A DNA stretch of 35,247 bases from positions 1 to 35,247 of the IMG/VR virus record IMGVR_UViG_3300012921_000008, one strand, 5' to 3'. The notes beneath the pieces are model-generated. The model saw only the letters and a list, made by a program, of their open reading frames with translations, ran no database searches and had not been told where the DNA came from. Positions 16,782-26,433 of this stretch are shown here, one piece after another. The translations under genes were made by a program, and so were the position numbers. Within the stretch, counting starts at the first letter, position 1. The number at the start of each line of letters is the position of its first letter. Origin of the DNA: a virus. Taxonomy: Duplodnaviria; Caudoviricetes.

Positions 16782-17696
16782 ATGCCGCAAGGCAACCTGA
16801 CTCTCCTGGACATCGCCAAGAAAAACGGCAGCGATGCCCTGGTCGGACTGATTGAAGAAGTCCAGACCTCTGCCCCCGAGATCGAACTCGGGGCCGCCCG
16901 CACCATCAAGGGCATCTCCTACAAGGTCATCGTCCGGACCAACCTGCCACGGGGTGGTTTCCGTGGGGCCAATGAAGGGGTGACCCCGGTCAAAAGCGAG
17001 TACGCCAACAAGACCTTCGAGGCGATGATCTTCAACCCCCGGTGGGATTGCGATAAGGCGGTTGCCCAGGCTGACGAGGACGGCGTCGAAGCGGTGATCG
17101 CCCGCGAAGCCGAAGGGATCATGCGGGGTTCGCTCATCCATCTCGGCAGCCAGTTCTACTATGGTGAGTCGAACGATGCGAAAGGCTGCCCCGGCCTGCT
17201 CGCCCAATACGATGCCGACCGGATGACGGTTGACGCGACCGGCGAGGGTGCAGCCACCACCTCCGTCTGGGCCGTCAAATGGGGACCGCAGTACACGCAG
17301 TGGCTGTGGGGCAATGACGGGCAGTTGGCGCTGTCTGAAGTGCTGGAACAATCCAAAACGGCCCAAGGCGGCGGGGAGTACACCGCCCTGGTGCAAGAAA
17401 TCCTGGCTCGGGTCGGTTTGCAAGTGGGCAGCCGTCACTCCGTGGCCCGCATCAAGAACATCTCGGCGGCGGCGGGTAAGACCTTGACCGATGCGTTGAT
17501 GTTCAAGCTGCTCAACAAGTATCCCGCCGGGTTGCAGCCCGACATGTTTCTCATGAACCGGGACGCCCTGGAGCAACTGCGGGCGAGCCGCACGGCGACC
17601 AACCCGACCGGTGCCCCGGCCCCGATCCCGACCGAAGTGGGCGGCGTCCCGATCAAGGCCACCGACTCGATTACGTTTGCCGAAACAGCGGCCTAA
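16782..17696 (+). CDS. Major capsid protein
   Basis: 304 aa after the scaffold; LTLLDIAK start, FRGANEG, YGE...GL, GVPIKATDSI end typical of HK97-fold capsids. Confidence 0.85.
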   Translation: MPQGNLTLLDIAKKNGSDALVGLIEEVQTSAPEIELGAARTIKGISYKVIVRTNLPRGGFRGANEGVTPVKSEYANKTFEAMIFNPRWDCDKAVAQADEDGVEAVIAREAEGIMRGSLIHLGSQFYYGESNDAKGCPGLLAQYDADRMTVDATGEGAATTSVWAVKWGPQYTQWLWGNDGQLALSEVLEQSKTAQGGGEYTALVQEILARVGLQVGSRHSVARIKNISAAAGKTLTDALMFKLLNKYPAGLQPDMFLMNRDALEQLRASRTATNPTGAPAPIPTEVGGVPIKATDSITFAETAA

Positions 17697-17730
17697 GCGA
17701 TCGCCGCGGCCAGCGGACCTTGAACCAAGC

Positions 17731-17760
17731 CCCGCGGCGGCATGTGTCCGCCGCGGGTTT
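17731..17760 (+). terminator. Rho-independent terminator-like hairpin after the capsid gene
   Basis: CCCGCGGCGG/CCGCCGCGGG 10-bp stem followed by TTT. Confidence 0.55.
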
Positions 17761-17785
17761 CCCTCACGCTTTGCAGGATTGAATC

Positions 17786-18190
17786 ATGAAGCCCGCTTTG
17801 AAAGATGCCAGCCTGGTCAAGTCGTTCGCGCTCCCGAACGGCGCCGGGTCGACCTATTCCGCCGCTATCCAGGTCGCCACTGTGGGCGAAGACTTCGTGG
17901 CGATGATGGAATTGTTGATCACTGCTCCAGCCCTGGCCGTGGGAGACCTGGGCAACGCCGACACTATGACCTACATCGTGCAGCACTCCGACGACGAGGC
18001 CTTCACGAGCCCAGTTGATCTGTATGGGGTCTGTCTGACGCAGACGGGAGCCGGTGGTATCGGGGCGGTCGCGGCCACCAAGCGCGTCCGCCTGCCAACC
18101 GACGTCAAGCCGTGGGTGCGTCTCAAGGCGACAAACAGCGATGCCAACGACGCGTCCGATAAATCGGCTTCGCTGAGCCTGCTGTTCTAA
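17786..18190 (+). CDS. Capsid cement/decoration protein (beta-sandwich)
   Basis: Position after the capsid gene; VQHSDD...F...RLP...PWVRL pattern. Confidence 0.6.
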   Translation: MKPALKDASLVKSFALPNGAGSTYSAAIQVATVGEDFVAMMELLITAPALAVGDLGNADTMTYIVQHSDDEAFTSPVDLYGVCLTQTGAGGIGAVAATKRVRLPTDVKPWVRLKATNSDANDASDKSASLSLLF

Positions 18191-18232
18191 CCTCGACCCT
18201 TTCCCCATCCGCCTCGCGCAAGGAAGCCTGAC

Positions 18233-19330
18233 GTGAAGTATGTGAAATCCATCGACGGCACGAAGACGTACATCTTCTGTACGGCATTAGCTGTGCTGGG
18301 GGTCTGCGAACTGCTCGGCCTGGTCGAAGCCGATTTGAAGGACGCGTTGTTCCACGAGTTGTTGGCCGCGATCGCTGCCAGCTTGCGGCACAAGTTATCG
18401 AAGCTGCCCGCCGATTCGGTAGCCAGGTGGCAACGGGTGTCGGAGTTGATGCAGTCGATTTCGCGATCCCTGCCACAGCCGGTCAACGGCCACAAGCCGG
18501 ATACACACCCGCGTGACATCGCAGGGAGTGCGTGTTTGTTGTTGCTGCTGTGGCCATGCGTCGCGCTAGCCAGCGATGACATCCGGATTGCTGGTCCGAG
18601 TGGTGTCCCCGTCGCGGGCTTTCCTTGCGAACTCCATATCCAGGGGAAGCTGCCCGAAGGGACCAAGATCACGTGGGATTACTTCCCGCGATACGAAGGT
18701 GTGCCCCTGGTCGAACCCCTGAAGGGGGGACGCGTAGCCCGGCTCAACACTCTGCCGGGGGTTTACAAGATCATTGCCAGCATCACCCCGCCGGGGGATG
18801 CCCCCGGCGTGATCCGCTACAAGGATTTCAGCGTGCCAGGCTCGCAGTATGTGCCCGACCCGCCGCCCATTCCTACGCCGCAACCCAGCCCAGGGCCAGT
18901 GCCTCAGCCAACCCCGCCTGCTCCGAATCCTGCCCCTACGCCGCAACCCATTCCGCCAGTGAATCCCGACCCCGTGTTCCCACCAGGTCAGTTTCAGTTG
19001 GCTGAGGCCACGTATCGGCTCGCGGTGAATGTCCCCTCGGCGAATCGCCGGGGAGAGATTACCTGCCTGTCATCGAAAGTGGTGGCCCTGATCAACGGAT
19101 TGCGAGACGCGCAGGACAAGAAAACGCCGCTCTCGCCTCAGGTGATTGTGCAGTCGATCGCCGGGGCGTTTGATCAATGCCTGCCGTCCCCGGCTTGGGA
19201 TGACTGCCGGAATCGGTTCACGGATCTCGTGGCGAAACTCTACCAGGGCGGACAACTCCGCACGAACGCCGACTGGCAAACCCTAGCGGAAGAAGCCCTG
19301 CAAGGTCTGAACGCGGCCGCGGTCCGGTAA
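18233..19330 (+). CDS. Membrane protein with a holin-like N-terminus, an internal signal-like segment and a Pro-rich exported part
   Basis: GTKTYIFCTALAVLGV TM segment; CLLLLLWPCVALA; PPIPTPQPSPGPVPQPTPPAPNP linker. Confidence 0.6.
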   Translation: MKYVKSIDGTKTYIFCTALAVLGVCELLGLVEADLKDALFHELLAAIAASLRHKLSKLPADSVARWQRVSELMQSISRSLPQPVNGHKPDTHPRDIAGSACLLLLLWPCVALASDDIRIAGPSGVPVAGFPCELHIQGKLPEGTKITWDYFPRYEGVPLVEPLKGGRVARLNTLPGVYKIIASITPPGDAPGVIRYKDFSVPGSQYVPDPPPIPTPQPSPGPVPQPTPPAPNPAPTPQPIPPVNPDPVFPPGQFQLAEATYRLAVNVPSANRRGEITCLSSKVVALINGLRDAQDKKTPLSPQVIVQSIAGAFDQCLPSPAWDDCRNRFTDLVAKLYQGGQLRTNADWQTLAEEALQGLNAAAVR

Positions 19331-19368
19331 CGACCAGGATTTATCGACGCCCTCAAGGATGAGTGACC

Positions 19369-20457
19369 ATGCCTCGCGTGTTCCTGCAACTGAAGTTTGC
19401 CTGTACCCAGCGTGGGACGTTGATCGCCTGCGCGTTGCTGCTCGCGTCGATCGCGTCTCTCGCGGTTTGCATGCAGTCCCGGCAACCCGATGCGGTGGCC
19501 ACGGTCGACCAGGAGCCCGCCGTTGCGGTGGCAGCACCAGCCCCGGCAGCCGCGGCCCCGCCGAAGTTTCAGGCGGGTTTGCCGGGGGACTTCTTAGAGC
19601 GATCGCGTGATGCGTTCAAGGCCTACCCCGAACCATTCCGCGTGCGAGCGGGTGATCGCAAACAGTCCGCGTTGCTCTGGCAGGCGGTGCTGCTAGTCGC
19701 CACGGGAAAAAAGCCGCACGGAAAGCACTACACGTGTGGACCACAGCAAACTGGCGACTGTGTTTCGTGGGGGCAGGCAGCGGCGATTTACTACACCGGG
19801 GCCAACGCAGTGCAGGCGGGGAACGCCTCGGCGATTGATGACCCCTATCAACCCGCGCTCTACGGTATCGCACGTGTGACACAGGGTGGTGGACGGCCCG
19901 GCTGCCGCAGTGCGGGGGCTTATCCGTCAGATGCCGCCGAAGGGTTTCGTGAATATGGCTGGCCCACCTACGCGGAAGCCAATCGAGAGTATAGCGGCCG
20001 CGTGGCCGATCAAATGGGCTGTGATGGACCGCCCCAAGAGCTACTGAAGAAAGCGGCTGCTAGGGCGGGTGGTGACTGTTACCCCATTCGTTCGGTCGAT
20101 GAACTGATCGAGTCGTTGCAAAACGGCTACGCTGGCACCGCGGGCATTCCCTGGCAGCCGGGCCGCGAGAGAAACGTCAGCGGCCGCATCGTTACCGAGT
20201 TCAACGGCTCAAATCAGGGAGGCCACCAAGTTGCCTGGGTGGGTTGGGACGGAGAGCGTCAGCAATGCATCTTCGCCAACTCCCACGGACCTGATGCCCA
20301 CAGTCCCAATCCAGGCGACCCGCCTGGCTCATTCCGCGTCACGTTAAAGACGCTCGAATGGATGCTCCAGAACGGTGAGTTCTGGTCCTTTTCGTCGGTT
20401 CCCGGCTTCCCGCCGCAGGAACTGGACTTTTCCCCGTTGCGGCCCAAGAGCCGCTGA
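19369..20457 (+). CDS. Papain-like (C1) cysteine peptidase with an N-terminal membrane anchor or signal
   Basis: QQTGDCVSWG (oxyanion Gln, catalytic Cys), GGHQV (His), ANSHG (Asn). Confidence 0.82.
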   Translation: MPRVFLQLKFACTQRGTLIACALLLASIASLAVCMQSRQPDAVATVDQEPAVAVAAPAPAAAAPPKFQAGLPGDFLERSRDAFKAYPEPFRVRAGDRKQSALLWQAVLLVATGKKPHGKHYTCGPQQTGDCVSWGQAAAIYYTGANAVQAGNASAIDDPYQPALYGIARVTQGGGRPGCRSAGAYPSDAAEGFREYGWPTYAEANREYSGRVADQMGCDGPPQELLKKAAARAGGDCYPIRSVDELIESLQNGYAGTAGIPWQPGRERNVSGRIVTEFNGSNQGGHQVAWVGWDGERQQCIFANSHGPDAHSPNPGDPPGSFRVTLKTLEWMLQNGEFWSFSSVPGFPPQELDFSPLRPKSR

Positions 20458-20468
20458 GAGGTGCTGCT

Positions 20469-20828
20469 ATGCGTTTCTTCTATGCCCTGTTGTGTCTCTG
20501 TGGTTCGTGCCAGATGGCCCCCGCTCAGGAGCCATTGAACTTTGCGTCGATGGCTCAACGTCAACCGGCGATCGCCGCCGCTCCGGTGGCTCCGCTCGAT
20601 TTCCGGGCGATGGCTGAGCGCCGCCCCGCTATGAACGCGGCCCCGGTACCGGCGCTGAATTTCGAGGCCATGCGGGAACGTGCCGCACCAGCGGTGCCTG
20701 CGGTCTCGAACATGCCACCCTGTGTTGGCCCGAACTGCCCCACGCCGTCCGCGCTGAACAGTTACCAGACCGGTGGCAAATGGGTGACGGGGTTATTCGG
20801 CAAGCCCCGGTGGAAGCCCTACAAATAA
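20469..20828 (+). CDS. Exported or lipoprotein-like protein with three internal repeats
   Basis: MRFFYALLCLCGSC signal; PLNFASMAQR, PLDFRAMAER, ALNFEAMRER; GAGGTG RBS. Confidence 0.65.
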   Translation: MRFFYALLCLCGSCQMAPAQEPLNFASMAQRQPAIAAAPVAPLDFRAMAERRPAMNAAPVPALNFEAMRERAAPAVPAVSNMPPCVGPNCPTPSALNSYQTGGKWVTGLFGKPRWKPYK

Positions 20829-20894
20829 CCCGGCTGCCACCAGGTCTGTTCCATCGTCACATTCCGTTTCTCCGCTTTGCCTTGAGGCCTGATC

Positions 20895-21290
20895 ATGTCC
20901 CAGCGAACCCAAGCCCTGCTCGTCGCTCACGACGCCGCCTGCAACGCCCAGGGCGTCACGTTCACCTATTACCAGGATGGCGTGGCCATCCCCGACGTGC
21001 TCGCCCTCCCTGGCAAGTCCGAACACGAAACCTTCGACAAGGTGGGGCTTGCCACCAACGTCGAAATTCAGGACTGGATCGTGCGAGCCGATCGGCTGCT
21101 GGTCAACGGCGTGCAGATCACACCCAAACGCGGGGACTCGATTGTCCTGGTGTATGAAGATGTGACGACGCATTTTGCGGTCCATCACCCGGACGGGAAT
21201 CGGGCACCCTTCAAGCGCTGTGACGCCCACGGGGTGCTGCTGCGGATTCACTCCATGGTGATCGAACCGGACCCCGAACCCGAAGAGTGA
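20895..21290 (+). CDS. Head-tail joining (head closure) protein
   Basis: QGVTFTY...QDWIV...L...PKRGDSI...LLRIH pattern and position. Confidence 0.65.
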   Translation: MSQRTQALLVAHDAACNAQGVTFTYYQDGVAIPDVLALPGKSEHETFDKVGLATNVEIQDWIVRADRLLVNGVQITPKRGDSIVLVYEDVTTHFAVHHPDGNRAPFKRCDAHGVLLRIHSMVIEPDPEPEE

Positions 21291-21304
21291 TTTCGCTGAA
21301 ATCG
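21288..21304. promoter_or_regulatory. parS-like palindrome, site 2 (TGATTTCGCTGAAATCG)
   Basis: Its reverse complement CGATTTCAGCGAAATCA differs from site 3 at one base; overlaps a stop codon. Confidence 0.6.
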
Positions 21305-21339
21305 CTCCTGCTCCCTGTCAGCAAACCACAGCGTGACCC

Positions 21340-22299
21340 ATGCCCACTGCCGCACCGATTACCGACTGGCTCAATGCCCTGGTGGCTCACCTCAACACCG
21401 AGGACGCGCAAACGCTCCTCGGTGTTGAGGCCCGCCGGGCGTACCAGGAGACCATCGACGCGAAAGCGGCAGGGACACACCTGGTGGTCTTGCCCGACCA
21501 GTGGCGACCCTTGGCCTGCTGCGGGGGCATTCGACTCGAACAACACCTGGTCAACGTGATCATTCAGCGGCGGGATGCCAAAGCTGATGTGACGCTCATT
21601 GATGAGGACCAGTTGCTGGCCGTGCAGGTGCGGGAATTGTTGACTGACTTTGCGGCCGGCGATGGTCGCGTGGTCGATGTCATCGGCCCGCTGACGATCG
21701 ACCAGGACAAGCTGCAATCTCCTGGCGTGTCGCAAATCCAGATCGTGCTCGATTGTGATCTATTGCTGATCACCGAGGCCGAAGAGGAAGAGGAACCAGA
21801 AGGCGATCCGCCGGAACAGTCGCTGTTGACCGTGGCACGGGCAGCGGTGTGGAACGCGGTCAAGAACTGGCCCGCCTTGGATGATGTGTTTGCCCGCTTG
21901 TACGAAACCGATACCGATCTGGCGGAACTGCAACTCCGCGACCCTGCGGCGAGTGAGTTGCCCGCGATCGCCGTGTTCTGGGGGGGCATCTCTCCCGTTT
22001 GGAAATGGAACCGGGCACAGGAATGGCCAATGGCCCTGCGGCTGTCGCTCTGGCTGCCGGGGGACCAGCACACCCCGGCCGAGCGGGTGTGCGAGGACGT
22101 GTTTAATGCGTTGTATCAAGCCAAGCCCGAGGGCAGCACGGTCCCCTATGTCGAAGCGGCCACCGGTTACCCGCCCCGCCGCGTAGGCAGCATGACCCTG
22201 AACACTGTGACCCTCGGCCGCGTGCAGCAACTCCGAGCGCTGCGCGTCGATGTGGCCTTTACGCTCGGCTCCAACAAAGACCCCCACGGCGAGGATTAA
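21340..22299 (+). CDS. Tail completion/terminator-like protein, apparently two domains
   Basis: Position before the tail tube; two roughly 150-aa halves split by EAEEEEEPEGDPPE. Confidence 0.55.
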   Translation: MPTAAPITDWLNALVAHLNTEDAQTLLGVEARRAYQETIDAKAAGTHLVVLPDQWRPLACCGGIRLEQHLVNVIIQRRDAKADVTLIDEDQLLAVQVRELLTDFAAGDGRVVDVIGPLTIDQDKLQSPGVSQIQIVLDCDLLLITEAEEEEEPEGDPPEQSLLTVARAAVWNAVKNWPALDDVFARLYETDTDLAELQLRDPAASELPAIAVFWGGISPVWKWNRAQEWPMALRLSLWLPGDQHTPAERVCEDVFNALYQAKPEGSTVPYVEAATGYPPRRVGSMTLNTVTLGRVQQLRALRVDVAFTLGSNKDPHGED

Positions 22300-22302
22300 C
22301 CG

Positions 22303-23268
22303 ATGCCCTTTACCGCTCCCTCTCCCATCGTGCGGGCCAAAAGCTACCTGGCGATGGTCCGCGAATCGACGTGGGGCACCACGCCCGGCAGTCCCACCTG
22401 GATTCACGTCCCGTGTGAAAACTATGGGATCGAGTTTCAGCCACAGAACCGCAAATCGAAGCCGTTCCTGGGGGCTTTCGGGCATAAACACAACCGGAAC
22501 ATCAAAGGCTGGCCCGCTGGTCAGAATTCGTTCTATTTGCATGGCTGGCGGCCCACGGGGTTGACCGAATCACTCGCCCAATGGCTGTTGACGTGGGCCT
22601 GTGCCAATCCCGAGACCGCCGATCGGCTGTCAAACAGTTGCTTCTGGGCCGAGGGGCCGAACATCGGGAACCAGATTGATAAGGGCGTTCGCGTCAATCA
22701 GTTCACGCTGTCGGGGAGTGAAGACCAGCCGATCATGCTGGCGACCGACTGCATCGGCCGCGACCAGGTGGGGGATGACGTCGCCGGCAGTGCTCCGACC
22801 TTGCCGAATGACCGGAATCGTCTGGTGGAGTACCTGTTCGAGCACATGACGTTTGAACTGGACGGGACCGAGATCCCGGTGGGCGGGTTCTCCTGGACTG
22901 GGAACTTCGCCATGAAAGTAGCCTGCTACAACGATGTGCGGCCGCACGTCGTGCGGGCTGTCGACATGGCCTCGACGCTGCAACTCACGCGGCCCCGCGA
23001 AGATGACGTGTGGCAGGAGATCGTGCGGTCTCTCGATCCTGAAGACGAGCACGAGCTCGTCATAGCCATGAAGGGGCTGCACATGGGGACGGGGGACGTT
23101 GATACGGAGTGGAACCAGACCACGATCACCTTCCCGCTGCTCGCCCTGACCACGGCACCACGCCAAGGGGGCCGCGATGACCTGGCGTCGATGCAACTCA
23201 ATTTCGACGTGCTCAAACCCGACACGTCGGACGCCCGCTATTCGCTCGAATTCGAGGACGTGGCCTAA
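22303..23268 (+). CDS. Major tail tube protein
   Basis: ESTWGTTP N-terminal motif; GVRVNQFTLSG; position before the chaperone and tape measure. Confidence 0.75.
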   Translation: MPFTAPSPIVRAKSYLAMVRESTWGTTPGSPTWIHVPCENYGIEFQPQNRKSKPFLGAFGHKHNRNIKGWPAGQNSFYLHGWRPTGLTESLAQWLLTWACANPETADRLSNSCFWAEGPNIGNQIDKGVRVNQFTLSGSEDQPIMLATDCIGRDQVGDDVAGSAPTLPNDRNRLVEYLFEHMTFELDGTEIPVGGFSWTGNFAMKVACYNDVRPHVVRAVDMASTLQLTRPREDDVWQEIVRSLDPEDEHELVIAMKGLHMGTGDVDTEWNQTTITFPLLALTTAPRQGGRDDLASMQLNFDVLKPDTSDARYSLEFEDVA

Positions 23269-23271
23269 CCG

Positions 23272-23736
23272 ATGTTTTCCCTGTCCTACGACGTTCGCGA
23301 GGCACAGCAGCAGGTGCAGGGGATCATGCAGGCCCTGGACCGGCAGAAGCCTGCCATGCTCGCCGACATCGGCCAGTATCTCGTCACCGAGGCTCACCAG
23401 GATTTTCTGGTGAAGTCGCTTGGCGGTACAGGAGACGACGGCGTGCGCTGGATGGCACTGGCTCCTGGCGAAGCGATTGTGAAAGAGCGAATCGGCAAAC
23501 CCCTGATCGGTATTCGATCGGGGGAACTGGCCGCGCTCAACAGTTGGCGGATGACGATCGGTGGGGCCACCGCCTGGGGCAAACATCTCGGCCGCGATCA
23601 ACTCGTGATCGAGAACACCGATCAACCCAAAGCCAACTATTTCAACTTCCATCGGCCGATGCTCCCGGAGCGGTTGCCGAATGCCTGGTACCGCCACTCC
23701 GAAAGCCTCGCGGCCGAACACCTTGACCGTCTGTAA
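23272..23736 (+). CDS. Virion morphogenesis (Mu gpG-like) protein
   Basis: MLADIGQYL...F...DDGVRWMALAP...LI...G.L...RPMLP pattern. Confidence 0.65.
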   Translation: MFSLSYDVREAQQQVQGIMQALDRQKPAMLADIGQYLVTEAHQDFLVKSLGGTGDDGVRWMALAPGEAIVKERIGKPLIGIRSGELAALNSWRMTIGGATAWGKHLGRDQLVIENTDQPKANYFNFHRPMLPERLPNAWYRHSESLAAEHLDRL

Positions 23737-23748
23737 GGAATCCCGCTG

Positions 23749-24165
23749 ATGATCACGCTCTCGACTCCCGCCACCAAACCGGAACGTCACCCGATCGGCT
23801 GCCGAGGTGGCATCTTCACTTTGCTGATCAACCGTCCGACTTATGCCCAGCGCGTGGCCGACGAAGGCTGGTCCTTCCGTCTCTGGGGTGACGACCCAGG
23901 CAATGGCTATGCCCACCAGATCACCCACCGCATGGCCTCTTGTGTCGTCGGCTGGGAAGGCGTGCATGACGCGAACGGTGCGGGGCTGGTCTTTTCCCTC
24001 GACTCGCTGCGAACGCTGCTGGGGCAGCACCCCGACGCCTTGCAGCAGGTGCTGTCAGTGCTGGCCAAACTGTTCGCGGTGGATGCGGACCAGGTGGGAA
24101 AGTCCGAGCCGCCGCCCGTCGCTTCTGGCGCGGCGGAAGACACGATCGAGACCCCGCACTCCTGA
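23749..24165 (+). CDS. Tail assembly chaperone (gpG-like)
   Basis: CVVGWEGVHDANG motif; slippery site near the end; precedes the tape measure. Confidence 0.75.
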   Translation: MITLSTPATKPERHPIGCRGGIFTLLINRPTYAQRVADEGWSFRLWGDDPGNGYAHQITHRMASCVVGWEGVHDANGAGLVFSLDSLRTLLGQHPDALQQVLSVLAKLFAVDADQVGKSEPPPVASGAAEDTIETPHS

Positions 24166-24353
24166 CCTATGTCGACTTGGCGGCCACTGCGTCGGTTTGT
24201 CGAGAACTGAATCTGACGCGCGAACAGTTTGAGGCGTTGCCCGCTGACCTGGCGGAAGCACTGCTGGTGATCCACGCCGAACGCGAAGACCACCAGGCGG
24301 AACAATGGAAGGCGCTGTGCCGTGGCAGTCACTCTGCGACTGAATCTCGATGA
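24096..24353 (+). other. -1 programmed frameshift site G GGA AAG and gpGT-like extension ending at TGA 24351-24353
   Basis: Lambda-type heptamer in the correct phase; the -1 frame reads VRAAARRFWRGG...EQFEALPADLAEALL...SATESR*. Confidence 0.8.
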
Positions 24354-26433
24354 CCAGGCAACCCAAGGCCTCGAAAACTTCAACGAGGCCTTGGGGGCCA
24401 CCGCGCCTGTGGCGAAGGCGACCGCCGCCGAGATGCAGCAACTCACGGCAGCGCATCAGCAACAGGTGAAGGTCATCCACGAGCACCGCGGTTCCCTGCT
24501 CGAATTCGCAGGAGATACGGTCTCGGGACTCGCCAAAGCGACCGCAGCATGGCTGAGCTATCGCCAGTCGGTCATGTGGCTCCAGACGCTCCAGGCCCCA
24601 TTGCAGGTGGCCTCGTCAGGCATGCGCACGCTGGCCAGCAGCACGTCCTTCGTGGCCACGTCCGGCCTGCGGGCGTTGTCATTCGTGCCGAGGTTCGGGG
24701 CGGCGGTCAGCACTACGATTCCCATCATTTCGGGTGCCACGCTGGCACTCACGGCCCATGAGATGGTGTTGGCCCGGACTGGCATCCGCTTCACACAGTC
24801 CGCAGCAGCAACCGAAGAACAGCGGATGCAGTTCTCCCGGCTGAAAGCCGAAGCGGATTCTCTGCATCAGTCCCTGGCCCGTGTGGCAAAATCACAGGGG
24901 GTCGACCTCGCTGGCCTGGGCGTGTCCAGTGGGTCGAACCTCGACCGATTAAAGGGGGCTGCCGGGGATCTGGGCTCGTCGATCACCCGGCCACTGGTTG
25001 ATCTGGCTCGCGGCGCTCGTGACGCATCGCGGGCACTCAATCCGCTGGTTCCAATCTGGCGTGAGATCGACGCCGCCGCCACGCGCTCCACCGATCAAAT
25101 GATCGAGAACATCGGGCACGTGAAAAACCTGTCGGAATCGCTGGCCGATTCCTTCTTCGGGGAAGGGTACAGCGAACGTGTCCGGCAGATGGACCAACTC
25201 ACCGCAAAACGAAAGGATGAACTCGACGACTTCGCCCGCTTGCGTGATGTGCATCGCACGTTGGAACAGGAACGTTCCGCAGCAGCCAACTTGCAACGTG
25301 TACGGTCCCTGCAATCCACGTCCGACATCGATGGCGAGATACAACGAATCAAGGACAAGGCCGGGGCACTGGCATCATCCAGCCAGTTCAGCGAACAGGA
25401 AGCCCAGCGGCTTCACTCCACGCTGTCACAACTGGAACAGCAGCGGACGGAGATCATCGACCGTGAAACCGAACGCCGCAAAGACCTCGAAACCAAGTAC
25501 CGCGACTATCAGAAGCAACTGGCCCACGAATGGCGGGACGAACAGCAGGCCATCTTGCGGGGCATCATCGATCGGCACAACGCGGAATACGATCGCCAGC
25601 AGGCTTTGCTCAAACAAAGGACCGAAGGGGCACGCGATCTGCAACGCACAGCCGCGAACGAGGCCCTGCAATCGGCGATCGCCGCTCTCGAAGCCGAAGG
25701 GGCCACGGCGGACGACGTCCACCAAGCCAAGCTGCGTTTGATTCAACAAGAGACCGATCAACGCATCACCGCTGCCGATGACGACGAATCGCGACAAAAG
25801 GCGTGGTTTGATGGCCAGCAGCGGCGACTTCAGGCCGAGGGTGATTTCCATCGTCGGCAGATGATGCAGCAAGCCCAGGACCGCAAAGCCAAAACCGAAG
25901 AAGAAGAACGCCTGGAGAAGGAGAAACAACAGCGACTCCAGCAACTGCTGCAACAGGCAGGTGGGCCGGATGGTCGGCAGATGGTCCAAAGCCTTGACCC
26001 GCGGGCCGTGCGATCGGCCTATCAGCAGCGGCAGGCCGACCAGGCGGAACGGGCTTTCCGTCAGAATAATTCTTACGACATGACCGACGCCCGCGCCTTT
26101 CGCCGGTTCAACGCGCAAGCGAACCAGGTACGCAGGTCCGCCGAGACGCAGGCCTATCGTGATTTCAATCGCGGGAACGTCGATCCTGCTCAGATGGCCA
26201 ACGCTCAGGCCCAGGCGGGCCAGCAGGCCCTGCAGGCGCTCCAGCAAAACGGCCAACTCTCGCAACAGGTGTTGCAAGTGCTCCAGCAGCAACTCCAGAC
26301 CGCCGCCACGGAACAGGCCACGCTGGCTCAATTGCAGCAGCAGGTGCAGCAACTCGCGACCGTCGCCGGACAGCAGGGACAGCAGGCAAATCAAACCCGC
26401 ACCCGCGCCCAGCAGGGAGGTCTGCGGCGATGA
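24322..26433 (+). CDS. Tape measure protein
   Basis: 703 aa, Ala/Gln-rich coiled coil, directly after the chaperone frameshift. Confidence 0.8.
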   Translation: MAVTLRLNLDDQATQGLENFNEALGATAPVAKATAAEMQQLTAAHQQQVKVIHEHRGSLLEFAGDTVSGLAKATAAWLSYRQSVMWLQTLQAPLQVASSGMRTLASSTSFVATSGLRALSFVPRFGAAVSTTIPIISGATLALTAHEMVLARTGIRFTQSAAATEEQRMQFSRLKAEADSLHQSLARVAKSQGVDLAGLGVSSGSNLDRLKGAAGDLGSSITRPLVDLARGARDASRALNPLVPIWREIDAAATRSTDQMIENIGHVKNLSESLADSFFGEGYSERVRQMDQLTAKRKDELDDFARLRDVHRTLEQERSAAANLQRVRSLQSTSDIDGEIQRIKDKAGALASSSQFSEQEAQRLHSTLSQLEQQRTEIIDRETERRKDLETKYRDYQKQLAHEWRDEQQAILRGIIDRHNAEYDRQQALLKQRTEGARDLQRTAANEALQSAIAALEAEGATADDVHQAKLRLIQQETDQRITAADDDESRQKAWFDGQQRRLQAEGDFHRRQMMQQAQDRKAKTEEEERLEKEKQQRLQQLLQQAGGPDGRQMVQSLDPRAVRSAYQQRQADQAERAFRQNNSYDMTDARAFRRFNAQANQVRRSAETQAYRDFNRGNVDPAQMANAQAQAGQQALQALQQNGQLSQQVLQVLQQQLQTAATEQATLAQLQQQVQQLATVAGQQGQQANQTRTRAQQGGLRR

